Source: Mobula hypostoma (lineage: Eukaryota). From it: DNA of 64,000 nt. The notes below the pieces were generated by a model. It ran no database searches and was not told where the DNA came from. It was given only the letters and a program-made list of their open reading frames with translations. Of this stretch, positions 13,968 through 27,000 are shown one piece after another (within the stretch, counting starts at the first letter, position 1; every line of letters starts with the position of its first letter). The stretch spans positions 86,058,001 through 86,122,000 of the forward strand of contig NC_086097.1 in NCBI RefSeq assembly GCF_963921235.1. Direction: 5' to 3'. A program made the translations under genes and the position numbers.

Positions 13968-14827
13968 GTTTCGACATTGCAATTTTGTTCACAATCACTT
14001 TCATTCCTGACTGCAACTCAACTGTGTCTCTGTCTGCTTTTTCTATCAATACAGCTATTTCAACTGCTCTTTTAAATGTAAGTTGTGCTTCAGTTAGGGG
14101 CCGTTTTTGAATGCTGTCTTGTAAGGTTCTATAAACTAAATGAACTCTCACTGCATCATTAAGCCCATCACTGAACTGACAATGCTTGGACAATTTCTTC
14201 AATTCAGCTATCTGAGCTGAAATGGACTCCCTTCCTTTTGATTCTGCTCATGGAACCTAAAGTGTTTGTTTCCAGTTCTAAATATTCCTGCATTATGTTC
14301 ACAATACCAGTAAAGATAATTTTGGCTGGTTTAGTTGGAGCTGTTAAACTTCTAAGCAAACTATGGTTTTCTGCCCATTGTACTCAGCAACACTGGCATT
14401 CGTTTTCCATCAGCTATTTCACTTGCTGCAAAATACTGCACAATTTGTTCAATGTACATCATCCTGTTGTCTATTGTGCAACTGAACACGTGTATCATCC
14501 CAATGTAGTCAGCCATTTTTGCTCTTTATTTACTTATTATTATAATCACCAAGTACTCACTATTTATGAACCAATGGCTTATTTCTGTCTTTTATTTAAC
14601 TTAAATGTTTCTCTCCTCTTCCAAAGAAAAGCATGCTGTTCTTTTTTTAACTTGAACTTTTCTTTTCCCTTCAGAAGAAAAACATGGTGCACTTTGTTTT
14701 AAAACTATACCTTCTCACTATCCCCTCTAATCCAATAAACAAAATGATTACTAGCAATGAAAACAGCCTTGCAGGTTTCAAGGTTATAGTTTGTAGTCAG
14801 CTATTACCAGACAATAAGGAATTAGGA

Positions 14828-15088
14828 AAACAGGCCATGCTCTCTTCTTGCTGCTGCTTTCAGGAAGAAGGTACAGGAGCCTCAGGACCCACACCATCAT
14901 GTTCAGGAACAGTTATTACCCTCAACCATCTGATTCTTGAACTAAAGTGGATAATTGCACACAACCTCACTCGCCCCATCACTGATCTGTTCCCATAACC
15001 TAAGGACTCACTTTGAAGGACTCCTCATTTCACACTCTTGATATTTATTGCTTATTTACTTATTTTTTTTTGTTTTGTATTTACATTG
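14828..15088 (+). mobile_element. Rex1/Babar 3' fragment
   Basis: GHALFLLLLSGRRYRSLRTHTIMFRNSYYP-like coding remnant followed by a 3' UTR. Confidence 0.65.
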
Positions 15089-15955
15089 GGAATGTGAAAC
15101 CTATATTATAATGGAAATAGTTGTGGAGAGCTGGAAATTCAGGAAGGAATAGCATTGTGTTTGGATACTGGTGACTTCATTCAACCTGCAAACTGCAAAT
15201 AGAAAATTACTTCAGTCACCATCGATTCTAAATGAAAATGATAAGTAATCTCATTTCAAGGCACATTTGTCTGGGTTCTGTTTGAAATCTGCTCCCATAG
15301 GCCAGACTACAATCCCACTGCACAGTCCTCTCCTCTACAGAGTTGTGTTGTTACACAGTTGTTCATCAAAGCAGAATACTTATTTTAAGATGGCACTACA
15401 TTAGAATATACAAACTAAAAGCAGATGGGAAATGCAGCTGCATGTAATACATATGCGACCTGCAGCCATTAGTCAATGAAGTAGAGAAGACAAAGGAGGG
15501 AAAAAATGTGCAAGATTAACTGAACTAGAATCTCTCAGCTTTCTGTCTCTCTCTTGCAGCAGCCATTTGCCAGTAAATTCATTTAATCAGGGTGATCAAG
15601 TACATTTTTAATATAATAAAGGAGAAACATTGCTGTTGCGTCAGTATGTTTTTATGCATTTTTACATAGCTGTTTGTTCTGTTTCAGAGCTTGTGTTTTT
15701 GCATTTTCTTTGAGTTATTTCGTTGTTTCACATGGCAGGATTTTCTTTTGAAATACAACAATACCAACAAAAGGGATACATCTGCATTTAACAGTGTGTC
15801 ATGCATTGTGTGTAACTCTGAACGCAGCTGGCAAGATGATAAAAACAGGAAATTCAACCAGACTTATTGGGGATTATGGAACAAACAGGAAACAAAGACT
15901 CCAGGGTAAAAATCTAAGCACACATTTGATTCTGCAATTGCACAGGAATTTTCTC

Positions 15956-16765
15956 ATGTTCAAAAGTACATTTAACATCAGAGAAATGTATACAATATAC
16001 ATCCTGAAATGCTTTTTCTTCATAACCATCTACGAAAACAGAGGAGTGCCCCCAAAGAATGAATGACAGTAAAATGATAGAGCCCCAAAGTTCCCTCCAG
16101 CTTCCCTCCCTCCCGCGTGTAAGCGGCAGCAAGCAACAAACTCCCCTCCCCCCACCGGCAACCAAAAGCAATGGCATCCGACACCGAGCACTCAAGCGTG
16201 AGCAAAGCGACAGTAAAAACACAGACTTGCAGTTACCCCAAAGACTACTCGTTCACCCAGTATTCGATATACCACAGGTTCTCTCTCTCCCTATTAAGGG
16301 AGAAAGAGATGTCTTCGTTTCACAGAGAGCAGGGAGACATAACAAACAACCTGCTGGTTTATGATGTTAAAAGTCCATTGCATCGCATTTTTCTGAGCTC
16401 TGTGCCCAAAGATCTCAGGTTTCTGGGCACACAGACAGAGATCTTCCATCTCCAATGATACACCGATCTCCTGCAGAGGTACCGACCTCTGACACCCCCC
16501 TCCCCCCATCTCCAGGGCCACGAAATCTCAGTCCTCCGAAGGCGAACAAAACTCTTAGACCAAGCCCTTGGCGTGTGGAACAACGGCCATTTGTGAAACC
16601 CCGAGTGCGGGTCTCATTCCCGCAAAGAACCGTAGTCAGTGTGTAACTCCAGGTCAGGGTCTTCAAAAGAACCCTGAAGGGGTAAAATCGATATATTAAA
16701 GATGGCAATCGAGCTGTTTCCAAAGATGCAAGGAAAGGAGTCGCCATCAATCCTCCTAAGCTCCT
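15956..16765 (-). mobile_element. Non-coding retroposon with Rex1-like 3' tail
   Basis: Reverse tail ttcaaaagtacatttaacatc, GC-rich body without RT motifs, 5' end near ggagtcgccatc. Confidence 0.55.
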
Positions 16766-17094
16766 ACAAATGTAAATACAAATGATTAGTAAAAGAGAAT
16801 GCACTTGACCCCAATAAAATATCCTTTTCCAAAAATTATTGCAGTCACGATCTATTCCTCTGTCTATAAACCAAATAAAACCAGAAGTCATGGTCGACCC
16901 CTGGGCCCAACTATAAGGCCAGAAGGTTATGCATGTAGGAATCAGTAACAAATTGAGTTAATTTCTTTTCAGAGTTTCTTTTTCTTTCTGTCAAACCTTA
17001 GATCATCACTTGAGCAGAATTATGTGGAATATAGAAAGTGAAATTTAATGTACAAGATATGCCGGTGTTTAGAGATGATAAAAACAAAAGGAAA

Positions 17095-17445
17095 TTTAAA
17101 GTTCAAGATAAATTTATTATCAAAGAAAGTATACCTCACTATATACTACCCTGACATTCACTTTCTTACAAGCATTCACAGAACAAAGAAATACAAAACA
17201 ATTAATGAAAAGTTACTCACAAAGACTAACAATGTGCAAAAGAAGCAAACTGTGTAAATACAAAAAAGACAAATAATTGTAATAATAGTAAATCAATAGT
17301 ACTGAGCACATGAGTTGTAGAATCTTGGAAGTAAGTGCATAGCTTGTGGAATCAGTTCAGTGTTGAGATGAGTGAAGTTATCCACACCAGTGAAGGAACT
17401 TGATGATTAAAGGGTAAAAGTGGTTCCTGAATCTGCTGATGTGGA
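17095..17445 (-). mobile_element. Rex1-like 3' fragment
   Basis: Reverse tail aagttcaagataaatttattatcaaag and a remnant of the FRNxFYP motif. Confidence 0.55.
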
Positions 17446-17669
17446 TGAATAGAAGCACTATTTGAGATAAATCAAGCTAAAGAAGTGTAAAACACTATAC
17501 GTTTCTCTGAAAGTCCCCGTCATGGTGTTAATATCATCAAGCTGAGGCAAAATGTGGTATGTATTACTTAAAGGGCAATGAAATATACTCAAATTAAGAA
17601 CAGATATTTTCCACATTTTTAAAGCATAGTTATATTTGTATAATATGAACTCCACCGGCTGACTTTCAA

Positions 17670-17792
17670 ATCTCTTACTAGCTCTTCTTTCAGTTAGTCC
17701 TGACGAAGGGTCTCGGCCCAAAACGTTGACTGTACCTCTTCCCAGAGATGCTGCCTGGCCTGCTGTGTTCACCAGCAACTTTGATGTGTGTT
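17670..17792 (+). mobile_element. Penelope-derived short repeat with minimal hammerhead motif (mutated)
   Basis: agtc-CTGACGA-agggtctcggccc-aAAACGTt-gact at 17696-17731, followed by gatgctgcctggcctgctg. Confidence 0.7.
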
Positions 17793-18577
17793 AGCTGATA
17801 AATGGGTAATGATGATCCAAGAGCAGAAATTCCTTACAGGGCTAATATTATCACATCAAATTTCATGCACTACTCTCCAAATTCACCCTTTGCTGCTTCT
17901 AGTTGCATCTACAATAAAAGATTTTGACTCGGGAAGCAAAATAAATTTTGGATTTTATATGTTCATTGTATATTTATGTATTTGCATCCATGGTTGGTGT
18001 TGATTAAGAATGTTTCTGGCATGTTAATGAATGCAAAGAAATAACACAGACTATACATCATGCTATAAAGATTAATTCCGATAAGAGGCACACTCAAAGC
18101 CTTTCCCTGTTGTATTCAGGTAGATTGGCTCGGGAATATTGGCAGAAATACACACAATATGCAGTTTGGCTTGAAATGAGTAGTAACACTTCTGCAATAT
18201 TACCATAAACAGAAGCTACAACATATTAAATGCCTGCCTGTGACTTCAGTATTGGCAGAATATACTACTATCAGAATGATTTAGAAAAGAAACTTGTTGA
18301 AACAACCAAGTACAAACCCATGTTCAACCTTAATCATAATGCTGTGACACTATGTCCATCTACTAGGTTTGCAACAGCCTCATAAAGCCAATATCCACAA
18401 GGTAACTTAACAATGCTGGTATATGGCTCACTCATTAAAACTCGTTGTGAGTCAAGATAATAAGCCTCACAATGCAATAACATGAACAGGGCTCTGCCAG
18501 TCATTCATCAACTGGGGGCAAAGACAGCACAACAGCAGAAGACTGTAAATACTGGCAAATTCATTAATCAAATTTAG

Positions 18578-19362
18578 AAATTCAAAGTACATTTATTATC
18601 AAAGTATGTATACGTTACACAGCCTTGATTTGTCTCCTAACAGGCAGCCACAAAACAAGAAACCCAAAAGAACCCATTGAAAAAAAGATGGACAACACCC
18701 AATGTGGGGGGTGGGGTGGGGGGGGGGGAGACTTCAGATACGTGGCCTGAAGCAGCTGGAGTAGGCCCCGAGCCTCAGCTTCAGTTCAGCACATAGCAGA
18801 GTAAACATTGCAGAGCCGTGAGCAGAACTAGCCCGATACTCGTATCTGGTCCTGACACCCTGCCCTTACAATACATCTGGCCCGGTGTTTAAATCACTCA
18901 AACATCGGGTCATTCCTTACTCAAAGACCCATGTCCTCTTGCTTCAATATGCTCTGGGTCAGGATCCTGCCGCCATGTTTCAGCCTGTACCTGACCTTTC
19001 CAAATCGACCTGGCGCTTAGATTGATCGAACCTTGCTGTTGGTTTAGGTGGAAGGGCCCCGGATCTGCTTCTCCTCCTTTACTCCAACTTTCCACCACTC
19101 ATTTCATCCTGACTCCATCTCGAACATGCCTTGACCTTGCTTGACTTCTCCTCGAACATGACTCAACCTCTCCCAGACTTCGCCTCGTACCCGCACAATT
19201 CGGCTCTCAACTCAGCCTCACCTTCACTTGCCTCTCCATCATTTGCGGTGATCATTTATCATAATTTTTTTAAATGGAGAAAGTATTATTAATAAAGTAT
19301 TTAGTTGTATTTCTTATTTTGGGAACTGCCAGCAAGCTGTTGCTCAGCAGTATCAACTTCAA
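18578..19362 (-). mobile_element. Non-coding retroposon with Rex1-like tail
   Basis: Reverse tail ttcaaagtacatttattatcaaagta, the same tail type as at 15956 and 17095. No RT motifs. Confidence 0.5.
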
Positions 19363-22300
19363 CCATCTTCATCTGAGATATTTAACTTTTTCTCTTCACA
19401 GATTCTTGCTGATCAGCATTTTAGAAACATAAAAACATAGAAAATCCACAGCACAATACAGGCCCTTTGGCCCACAAAGCTGTACCAAACATGTTGTTAC
19501 CTTAGAAATTACCTAGGGATACCCAGAACCCTCTATTTTCCTAAGCTCCGTGTACCTGCCCAGGAGTCTCTTAAAAAACCCTCTCATATCTGCCACTGCC
19601 ACCGTCGTCGGCAGCCCATTCCAAGCACTCACCACTCTCTGCGTAAAAAATTACCCCTGACATCTCCTCTGTATCTACTTCCAAGCATCTTAAACTGTGC
19701 CCTCTTGTGCTAGCAAATTCAGCCCTGGGAAAAAGCCTCAGACTATCTACATGGTCAATGCCTCTCATCATCTTATACACCTCTATCAGGTCACCTCTCA
19801 TCCTCCGTCGCTCCGAGTTCACTCAACCTATTCTCATAAGGCATGCTCCCCAATCCAGGCAACATCCTTGTAAATCTCCTCTGCACCCTTTCTATGGTTT
19901 CCATGTGCTTCCTATGGTGAGGGGACCAGAACTGAGCACAGTACTCCAAGTGGGGTCTAACCTGGGTTTTATGTAGCTGCAACATTACCTCTCGGCTCCT
20001 AAACTCATTTGAAGAAGGCCAATGCACCGTATGCTTTCTTAACCACAGAGTCAACCCGTACAGCAGCTTTGAGTGTCCTATGGACTCAGACCCCAAGATC
20101 CCCCTGATCCTCCACACTGCCAAGAGTCTTACCATTCATACTATATTCTGTCATCATATTTGACTTACCAAAATGAACCACCTCACACTTATTTGGGTTG
20201 AACTCCATCTGCCACTTCTTAGTGCGGTTTTGTATCCTATCAATGTCTTGCTGTAACCTCTGACAGCCATCCACACCATACAGAACACCTCCAACCTTTG
20301 CGTCATCAGCAAATTTACTAACTCATCCCTCCACTTCTTCATCCAGGTCATTTATAAAAGTCACGAAGAGTAGGGGTCCCAGAGCAGATCCCTGAGGCAT
20401 ACCACTGGTGACCAACCTCCATGCAGAATATGAGCCGTCTACAACCACTTTTTGCCTTCTGTGGGCAAGCCAGTTCTGGATCGACAAAACAATGTCCCCT
20501 TGGATCCCATGCCTCCTTACTTTCTCAATAAGCCTTGTATGGGATACCTTATCAAATGCCTTGCTGAAATCCATGTACACTACATCTACTGCTCTACCTT
20601 CATCAATGCGTTTAGTCTCATCCTCAAAAAATTCAATCAGGCTCATAAGGCACAACCTGCCTTTCACAAAACCATGCTGATTATTCCTAATCATATTATG
20701 CCTCTCCAAATGTTCATAAATCCTGCCTCTCAGGATCTTCTCCATCAACTTACCAACCACTGAAGTAAGGCTACTGGTCTATGATTTCCAGGGCTACTCT
20801 ACTCCCTTTCTTGAATAATGGAACAACATCTGCAACCCGCCAATCCTCCGGAACCTCTCCTGTCCCCATTGATGATGCAAAGATCATCACCAGAGGCTCA
20901 GCAATCTTCTCTCTCGCCTTCCACAGTAGCCAGAGGTACACCCCGTCCGGCCCTGGTGATTTATCCAACTTGATGTTTTCCAAGAACTCCAACACATCCT
21001 CTTTCTTAATATCTACATGCTCAAGCTTTTCAGTCCGCTGTAAGACATCCCTAGAATCACCAAGATCCTTTTCCATAGTGAATACCGAAGCAAGGTATTC
21101 ATTAACTACCTCTGCTATCTCCTACAGTTGCATACGCACTTTTCCACTGTCACATTTGATTGGTCCTATCCTCTCACATCTTATCCTTTTGCTCTTCACA
21201 TATTGCAGAATGCCTTGAGGTTTTCCTTAATACTGTTTGTTCGCTAAGGCCTTCTCATAGCCCCTCCTGGCTCTCCTAATTTCTTTCTTAAGCTCCTTCC
21301 TGCTAGCCTTATAATCTTCTAGATCTCTATCATTACCTTATTTTTTGAACCTTTTGTAAACTCTTCTTTTCTTCTTGACTAGATTTATAACAGCCTTTGT
21401 ACACCACGGTTCCTGTACCCTACCATCCTTTCCCTGTCTCATTGGAACGTAGCTATGCAGAACTCCACACAAATAGCCCCTGAATATTTGCGACATTTCT
21501 TCCGTACATTTCCCTGAGAACATCTTTTCCGAATATATGCTTCCAAGTTCCTGCCTGATAGCCTCATATTTCCCCTTACTCCAATTAAACGCTTGTCTGT
21601 TCCTATCTCTCTCCAATGCTATGGTAAAGGAGATAGAATTGTGATCACTATCTCCAAAATGCTCTCCCACTGAGAGATCTGACACCTGACCAGGTTCATT
21701 TTCCAATACCACATCAAATACAGCCTCTCCTCTTGCAGGCTTATCTACATATCGTGTCAAGAAATCCTCTTGAATACACTTAACAACTCCACCCCATCTA
21801 AACCCCTCACTCTAGGGACATGCTAATCGATATTTGGGAAATCAAAATCTCCCACCACGACAACCCTGTTATTATTACACCTTTTCAGGATCTGTCTCCC
21901 TATCTGCTCCCGATGTCCCTGTTACTATTGGATGATCTTTAAAAAACACCCTGTAGAGTTGTTGACCCCTTCCTGTTCCTAACTTCCACCCACAGAGACT
22001 CCGTAGACAATCCCTCCATGTCTTCCTCCTTTTCTGCAGCCGTGACACTATCTCTGATCAACAGTGCCGTGCCCACAACTCTTTTGCCTCCTTCCCTGTT
22101 CTTTCTGAAACATATAAAGCTTGACACTCAAAGTAACCATTCCTGCCCCTGAGCCATCCAAGTCTCTGTAATGACCACAACATCATAGCTCTAAGTACTG
22201 ATTCACGCTCTAAGCTCATACTCCTTGCATTAAAATAGACACATCTCAAACCATCAGTCTGATCGTCTCATCTCTATCACTTGCCTAACGTTCCTCTCGC

Positions 22301-22381
22301 ATTATCTCCAAGCTTTCCCTATTTGCGAGCCAACTGCCTCTTCCTCTGTCTCTTCAATTTGGTTACCGCCCCCCACCAACC

Positions 22382-23308
22382 CTAGTTTAAACTCTCCCCA
22401 ATAGCCTTAGCAAACCTCCCCGCCAAGATATTGGTACCACTGGGATTCAAGTGCAACCCGTCCTTTTTGTACATGTCACTCCTGCCCCCAAAGAGGTCCC
22501 AATCATCCAGAACTCTGAATCTCTGCCCCCTGCTCCAATCCCTCAGCCACACATTTATCCTCCACCTCATTCTATTCCTATATTCACTGTCACGTGGCAC
22601 AGTCAGTAATCCCGAGATGACTACCTTTGTGGCCCTGTTTCTCAATTTCCTTCCTAACTCCCTGTAGTCTGCTTTCAGGACCTCCTCCCTTTTCCTGCCT
22701 ATGTCGTTGGTACCAATACGTACCACGACCTCTGGCTGTTCTCCTTCCCACTTCAGGATGTTGTGGACGCGATCAGCAACATCCCGGACCCTAGCACCTG
22801 GGCGGCAAACTACCATCCCTGTTTCTTTCCTGCACCCACAGAATCGCCTGTCTGACCTCCTAACTATAGAGTCCCCTATCACTGCTGCCATCCTCTTCCT
22901 TTTCCTACACTTCTGAGCCACAGGGCTAGATTCCGTGCCAGATGCGTGAACACTGTTGCTTCCCGCAGGTAGGCAGTCCCCCCCAGCAGTATTTAAGCAG
23001 GAGTACTTGTCAAGGGGTACTGCCACAGGGGTGCTCTCTAGCCTCTGACTCCTGCCCTTCTCTCTCCTGACTGTTACCCACTTGTCTGTCTCCCGAGGCC
23101 CTGGTGTGACTACCTGCCTATAGCTCCTCTCTATCACCTCCTCACTTTCCTTGACCAGACAAAGGTCATCGAGCTGTATCTCCTGTTCCCTAACATGGTC
23201 TCTAAGGAGCTGCAGCTCGACACACCTGGCACAGATGTGGCCATCCGGGAGGCTGGGAGTCTCCCAGACTCCCCACATCTGACACCGAGCACAGAACATC
23301 GGTCTCAT
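22382..23308 (-). CDS. CR1 ORF1p: Cys finger, coiled coil and SGNH/GDSL esterase-like domain
   Basis: Open 308-aa ORF with CARC...CARC, GDSIVR, IGTNDIG and DGLHLN motifs. Confidence 0.85.
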   Translation of the reverse strand: MRPMFCARCQMWGVWETPSLPDGHICARCVELQLLRDHVREQEIQLDDLCLVKESEEVIERSYRQVVTPGPRETDKWVTVRREKGRSQRLESTPVAVPLDKYSCLNTAGGDCLPAGSNSVHASGTESSPVAQKCRKRKRMAAVIGDSIVRRSDRRFCGCRKETGMVVCRPGARVRDVADRVHNILKWEGEQPEVVVRIGTNDIGRKREEVLKADYRELGRKLRNRATKVVISGLLTVPRDSEYRNRMRWRINVWLRDWSRGQRFRVLDDWDLFGGRSDMYKKDGLHLNPSGTNILAGRFAKAIGESLN

Positions 23309-23389
23309 ACTTGAGCCAATGCCTTCCTACTCTGTCTCCCTCTACTCCATTGCCCGCTCCTCCACTTCAATGCCTGCTCTACAAATCTG

Positions 23390-23566
23390 TCTCCTTTTAA
23401 ACTCTTCTCACTGTTCTCACTGGCTGACACCCATGCGCTTGCGCAGTCATGTCCCGATCAAACCACTGAAGAAATAACCATCTCCCTTTAAATTCTTCTC
23501 ACTGTGTGACTGGCTGACATCCACACACTTGTGCAGTCGTGCCTTGATCAAAACGCTGAAGAAATA
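23390..23566 (-). promoter_or_regulatory. Two ~91-bp tandem units at the CR1 5' end (putative promoter monomers)
   Basis: 23390-23476 and 23481-23566 are diverged direct repeats. Unit 1 has tgcgcttgcgca (NRF1-like), and both contain TTTAAA. Confidence 0.5.
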
Positions 23567-24059
23567 TTTTGTTTTATTTTAATATACACTTCACGTTCTT
23601 TAATATGGAATACAGTTCGTCGGTGATCCAGACACATCTATGTGAGCAAGAATCCAGTAGGAATCCAAATCTATGGGTATGACTTCAGAAAATAGTTCTC
23701 CCAACAATTTAAAGACATTAGGAGCAAGTTCATTGGTCATAGGGATATGAATCTTTGGAATATTTTACTCTTGAGAGCTGCAGAGGACAGGTAATTCAAT
23801 ACATTCAAAGTCGATACAGATTTTTGCACTGAAGGGGAGTCAAGAGTTGTGGTGATCAGGCAGAAAATTGCAGGCAAGGTGAAGATCAGGTCAGCTATGA
23901 TCTTATTGAAGATGGGATGAGTTTTAGAAGCTAGATGGCTCACTTCCACTTTTATTTTCTAATTTTTCTTGACAAAAGATAAGGAAGGTTGAGAACGCTA
24001 GAGATAGGTTAAGTTGGGTTTCTTTGTTTGTTCAATATTTTATAAGGCTAATGAGTTTA

Positions 24060-27000
24060 GGAAACATTGGCTTTTGTGGAGTATTGAGGCCCTCGTTAAG
24101 AAGAAGAAGGAGGTTCCTAGCAGGTATAGGCAGCAAGGAACAAATGAGGCACTTGTGGAGTATAAGAAATACAAGAGAACACTTGAGGAAATTCAAGAGG
24201 GTTAAAAGAAGGCAAGAGGTTGCTCTGACAGACAAGGTGAAGCAGAATCCTAAGGGTTTCTACAGATATATAAAGAGCCTATAGGTAGCAGGGGATAAAA
24301 TTGGTCTATTTGAGGATCAGCATAGTTATATATGCATGGAGCTGAAAGAGATGTGGATGATCTTAAATGGATTTTTTGCATCTGTATTTACTCAGAACTG
24401 AGGCAAAAGAGTAATGAGGTCATGTATCTGGATTGCAGAGAAGGAGGTGTTTGCTGTCCTGAGGCAAATTAGTATGGATAAGTCCCCAGGGCCTGACAAT
24501 ATGTTCCCTCAGATCTTAGTGGAAGGCTAGTGCAGGAATTGCAATGTCCCTTGAAATTTTTGCACTAGCCTTAACCATGGGTGAGGTGCTCGAGTACTGA
24601 AGGATGGCTAATGTTGTTCCATTGTTCAAGAAATTCTCTAAGAATAAATCAGGAAATTAGAGACTGGTAACCTGGCATTAGTACTGGGTAAATAATTGGA
24701 AGGTATTCTAAGCGATATATAAGTATTTAGGTAGACAACACCTGATTCGGGGTATCCAACATGGTTTTGTAGGTCATGTCTAACCAATCTTATAGAGCTT
24801 TTCAGGTCGGCTACCAGGAAAGTTGATGAAGGAAAGGCAGTGGATGTTGTCTACATGGACTTCAACAAAGCATTTGACAAAATCCTGCATGGAAAGCTGG
24901 TCAAGAAGGTTCAACTCACTTGGCATTCAGTGTGAAGTAATAAATTGAATTCAACAACAGCTTAGCAGGAGAAACCAAAGAGTGGTAGTAGATGGTTGCC
25001 TCTCTGACTGAAGGCCTGTGATTACCAGTATTCTGCAGGGAGCAGTGATGGGCCTGTTGTTGTTTGTCATCTGTATCAAAAATTTGGATGATAATGTGGT
25101 AAAATGGATCAGCAGACACCAAGATTGGTTGTGTAGTGGAGAGTGAGGAAGGTTATCAAAACTTGCAGCAGGGTCTGGAGCAGATGGAAAAATTGGATGA
25201 AAAATGGCAGATGGAATTTAATGCAGAAAAGTGTGAGGTGTTCCATTTTGGGAGGAAATCACAGGGTAGGATATACTTAATCAATTGAAGGTGGCTTTAC
25301 AGATACATAGGGTTGTAAAGAGAGCTTTTGGCACATTGGCCTTCATTAATCAAAAGGATTGAGTATAGGAGTTGGGATTTCAGTTTGAAGTAGTATAAGA
25401 CATTGGTAATGCCAAATCTGGAGTACTGTCTGCAGTTTGGTCACCTACCTACAGCTAAGGTATCAATAAGATTGAAAGAGTGTAAGAGAAAATTTACAAG
25501 GATGTTTCCAGGAATTGAGGACCTGAGTTGTAGGGAAAGGTTGAATAGGTTAAGACTTTATTCCTTGGAGCTTAGAGAATTAGGGGAGATTTGATGGAGA
25601 TATACAAAATTAGAAGGGGTACAGATGCGGTAATTGCAAGCAGGATTTTTCTTTCTCTTCTTTTTCCAATATTTTTATTAAATTTCACATACACAAATAC
25701 AGAATTCATAAGGATACTTACTATAAATCAAAATAAGGTAGCACAAAATGCACTATATATAAATCACACTGATACAATCACAGAATCCCATATTCATGAT
25801 TAATCAAATAAAATAAATTGAATAATGAAATACAATAATATGGTTAATTATATTATATAAAAAGATCTACACCCACTACCAAGACAAAGCTGGTTGGTAA
25901 AAAACAAAAGAAAAATAAAGAGTACTTTACCATATAATATTTTATAATAATAGCCCAGATCTATATTTTAATAACAATAACAATTCAAAGATTTTCAAAA
26001 TAGTTCAGAAAGGGTCCCCATAGCGTTTGAAAATCTTGATTAGAATCAGAAATCGAACAACGAATCTTCTCTAAATTTAAACATGACATAACATCGCATA
26101 ACCATTGAGCATGTATGTGGGGGGGGGGGCAACCTCCTTCCATTTAAGCAAGATCGTCGTCCTAGCCATAAGAGAAATAAAAGCCAGTACCCGTATATGA
26201 GAAGGCTCCAAAATTATAGCTCTTTCCTCAACAATGCCAAGTAAGGCAGTCAAAGGATTGGGCTTAGAATTACCTTTTAAAAAGTACAGAAAAAGTTTGG
26301 AGTACATCTTTCCAGTATTTTTCAAGGCTCCAACATGACCAAAACATATGAATTAATGAAGCCTCTCCATTATTACATCAGTCACAATAAGGCGATATAT
26401 CTGCAAAAAAATGAGAGAGCTTGTCTTTAGACATATGAGCCTTATGTACCACTTTAAATTGTAGGAGAGAATGACGAGCACATAATGATAAAGAATTAAC
26501 TGTTTTGAAAATAGCCCTCCAGGTCTCATCAGATAATGAAGTCTGTAAATCCTTTTCCCAATCTTGTTTAATTTTGTCTAAAGGAGACATTCTCAGTCCC
26601 AACAACAGACCATAAATATAAGATATTGAGCCATTATCAAAAGGTTTCAAATTAAAAATTACATCTATTATGTTCTTATCCGGGCTGGTAGGAAATATAT
26701 GTAGTTTAGATCTTTAAAAATCTCTAATCTGTAGATATTGAAAAAAGTGGGTATTTGGTAGGTTATATTTCACTGAGAGCTGCTCTAAAGGAGAAAAAAA
26801 CCCTCCAACAAACAAATCCTCAAATCGTTTAATGCCTAATCTATCCCATTCTCTTAAAAACAGATCAGTCATAGATAGTTTTTAAAAAAATAGAAAAAAT
26901 AGGACTAGAAAGGGAAAATCTCAATAAACTGAAATGTTTTCTAAACTGTAGCCAGATCCTCAAACTGTGTTTAACCACCAAACTGTGAGTTAATTTATTT

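Larger units (their letters stand above)
8495..14720 (-). mobile_element. Decayed Gypsy LTR retrotransposon (Mag-like), 5' LTR missing
   Basis: Gag starts at ATG 14516 (MADYIG...YIEQIVQYFAA) with two CCHC knuckles (CYHCGRGSHTPDQC, CRKCNKVGH). Protease remnant near 12900; RNase H DGSERPGAFASRSL; integrase GHLGVDKMKVLARSFVWWPG and ITSALYHPATNGLAER. PPT at 8745-8757 and a ~250-bp 3' LTR at 8495-8744. Many frameshifts. Confidence 0.85.
19422..23566 (-). mobile_element. Near full-length CR1 LINE
   Basis: Tandem 5' UTR units, open ORF1, and a fragmented ORF2 with APE start (CVYFNARS), [27 protein letters not shown] and RPHLEYCAQFWSP. TTTCTATG-type tail. Confidence 0.92.
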
